Assembly (NCBI RefSeq): GCF_035594765.1
Contig: NW_026943819.1
Location: 2,108,001-2,172,000, forward strand
DNA: 64,000 nt
Source of the DNA: Anolis carolinensis
Lineage: Eukaryota
Direction of reading: 5' to 3'
A model generated the notes under the pieces. The model did no database searches and was not told where the DNA came from. It was given only the letters and a program-made list of their open reading frames with translations. The first letter of the stretch is position 1. Each line of letters begins with the position of its first letter. Both the position numbers and the translations under genes were made by a program. Positions 61,406 to 64,000 of the stretch are shown here, piece by piece.

Positions 61406-61952
61406 TTTATGTCACTTAAGGACATGTATTTCTGTATCGAGGACACTTTCAATATTACATATCTCAATGGATGAATTGTAATAGATTTTAGAGGTTTGGC
61501 CGGAATTAAATGTTTTGATTCTACTCCAAACTCTGTGATTGATGTAAATGACATTTTGCTGCAGCTCAACTCCAGAAGAATATGTTGAATCCTTTTTTGT
61601 GCTTATCCATGTTTACCTTACATTTTGAGCTTTAAGGCCATTAAATAAGAGACATAACTGATAAAGATGCATTATTTGTAGGCTGTGAGGAATGGTGGGA
61701 GTTGAAGTCCAAAACACCCGGAAGGCCAAAGTTTGCCCAGGCCTGGTCTAAAGCAACCGCAAAGCTGAAAATGCACAGAAATCTGTATATATATCTTTAT
61801 TATTCTGATTTGTACAATAAAGAGCTGGATAAGAAATGCCTGGAAAGCCTTTTTGAGTAGAATTTTTTTGGTAGGAAATAAATATTGTTAAAATAATTAA
61901 GACCAATAGGGATTGCTCTGGTTGGTTGGAAGACATGCCAGCAGGATGTTTG

Positions 61953-62004
<52 letters not shown>

Positions 62005-63589
62005 TTTATTTTTATATCCCGCTTCCATCTCCCTACAGGGACTCGGGGCGGCTAACATGGGGCCAAGCCCAATTTTCCACGATAAACAAGATAAAATACA
62101 TTCACAATAAAACAGACATCATTGACATTTAAAATTACAAGTTAAACCAACATTTTAAACAATAATGTAATGGTAAATAAACCGCCAAATAAGAACGATT
62201 TAATTCAAGACTAAGAAGCCTCTCACGTATTCTCTCAGATGAGCTAGTCTATTTTTCACTCCCTCCGTTCTCAAACCTAATCTGACTTCTCGGGAAATTC
62301 CAGGCCGTTTCGCATAATGTATTTATTATATAATTTAAAATATAATAACATAAGGCAATAATATACTAATAATATATTGTAATCATATAAAATAATAATA
62401 TATTATTATATATTTAAAAATATAATATAAAATATTATTATTATATAATAATATATAAATAATTATAAGAATATCTAATAATATGCATACATTTCTATGT
62501 ATCTAAGCTGAAGAGCCGGCGTTGTCCGTAGACACCTCCAAGGTTATGTGGCCACTGACATGACTGCATGGAGCGCCAATGTTACCTTCCCGCTGGAGCA
62601 GTACCTATTGATCTACTCACCTTTGCATGTTTTCAAACTGCTAGGTTGGCAGAAGCTGGGGCTAACAGCAGGAGCTCACCCCTTTCAGTCAGTAAGTTCA
62701 GCAGTTCAGTGGTTTAATCCATTGCACCACTGGGGGGGGGGGTCCAATCTAATAATACAGTAATATAAAAATAAATTATTATATTATTATTTTAATTGGC
62801 ACCTTGCCATTAAACCCTGCGATACGGATGCCCGTATTTTGGATGCAATTTTAAATTTGGAAGACAAGCATGTGCAAAGTGCATTTCCTCCCACAATGAG
62901 GCAAAGGCTTCAGTGCTAGTTACATCCAGATACGTATTGAATGTCACAGTGTTGTAAATGTTGATGTTGATCACTGTCCATATCTTTGGAAAGCTTTGTG
63001 TTCCGTGATTTATATAAAACTAGCTGCTCCCGGCCACGCGTTGCTGTGGCGAAGTGTGGTAGTATGGGAAATAAAGTATTGAGGAATTGGTGGTAGTTAG
63101 TATATGTTAGTATATGTTATTTCCTGTATTTTATAGGCAGTGTGGAAGAGGCCTAAGTGGAACCTTGTGTCGGATGGGGTTGCTATGATATGAAGGGGGC
63201 GGGGCCTAAAGGGGGCGGGGCCTTCCTTTCTGACTGGCAGCCAGGGGGAGAACGGCTCTTCCTCATCCTTTATTTTTCTAGGTTTTTTAAAATTGAATTT
63301 AATTTAAATGACTTTTGTGGCCAAATTTGGTTTGATTTGGTTCAGTGGTTTTGTTGTTTACTCCATAGGAAAAACACACATTACATTTTTATATACCGTA
63401 TATACTCGAGTATAAGCCGACCCAAATATAAGCTGAGGCCCCTAATTTCATGACAAAAAACTGGGGAAACATTGACTCAAGTATAAGCCGAGGGTGGTAA
63501 ATTTCAGAAATAAAAATAGATACAAATAAAAATTACATTTTTGAACATTTACCGTATATTTTCGAGTATATACGGTAAATGTCGCTAAT

Positions 63590-64000
63590 AAATAATATAG
63601 TACAATGTAGTAATGTAGTGATGCTTATATTGTGCTATGCTAATGATATATTGTATGTTCATTTGATTTGTAAGCCGCTCTGAGTCCCCTTCGGGGTGAA
63701 AAGAGAGGGATATAAAGGTAGTAAATAAAATAAAATAAAATAAAATAAATAATAAATAATATAGTACAATGTAGTAATGTAGTGATGCTTATATTGTGCT
63801 ATGCTAATGATATATTGTATGTTCATTTGATTTGTAAGCCGCTCTGAGTCCCCTTCGGGGTGAAAAGAGAGGGATATAAAGGTAGTAAATAAAATAAAAT
63901 AAAATAAAATAAAATAAATAATAAATAATATAGTACAATGTAGTAATGTAGTGATGCTTATATTGTGCTATGCTAATGATATATTGTATGTTCATTTGAT
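63590..64000. repeat. ~165-bp tandem repeat containing an L2-like 3' tail
   Basis: TGTAAGCCGCTCTGAGTCCCCTTCGGGG...(AATAA)n unit repeated. Confidence 0.8.

Noticed and set aside
61400-64000. Start of DIXDC1, expected next by synteny
   Set aside because: No recognisable exon or CpG island seen in this interval

Overview
Vertebrate genomic DNA, most likely a squamate (Anolis-type repeat content: Sauria SINE, CR1, L2, R4-clade LINE, Penelope-like elements, hAT/Tc1-mariner MITEs, Helitrons). The gene order matches human 11q23.1. I reconstructed six spliced protein-coding genes from GT-AG boundaries and reading-frame continuity: ALG9 (-, coding exons 1-6, runs off the left edge), FDXACB1 (-, 5 coding exons, 614 aa), CFAP68/C11orf1 (+, 3 coding exons, 156 aa), CRYAB (-, 3 exons, 182 aa), HSPB2 (+, 2 exons, 179 aa) and C11orf52 (+, 4 exons, 125 aa). 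The rest is mostly transposable elements, mini/microsatellites and three assembly gaps. Most interesting: (1) C11orf52 reads as a lipid-anchored, receptor-less ITIM+ITSM adaptor with a PD-1-like TEYATL and a C-terminal PDZ ligand; (2) a divergent alphaB-crystallin N-terminus with an Ala/Pro insertion and altered phospho-sites; (3) a CRYAB/HSPB2 head-to-head spacer inflated to ~10.5 kb by nested TEs, including a 380-bp direct duplication flanking a hAT element; (4) a 51-bp minisatellite carrying ~15 sense 5' splice-site motifs in C11orf52 intron 1; (5) R4-clade LINE copies that consistently sit in (TAA)n tracts. Family and orthologue assignments come from recognition, not database searches.
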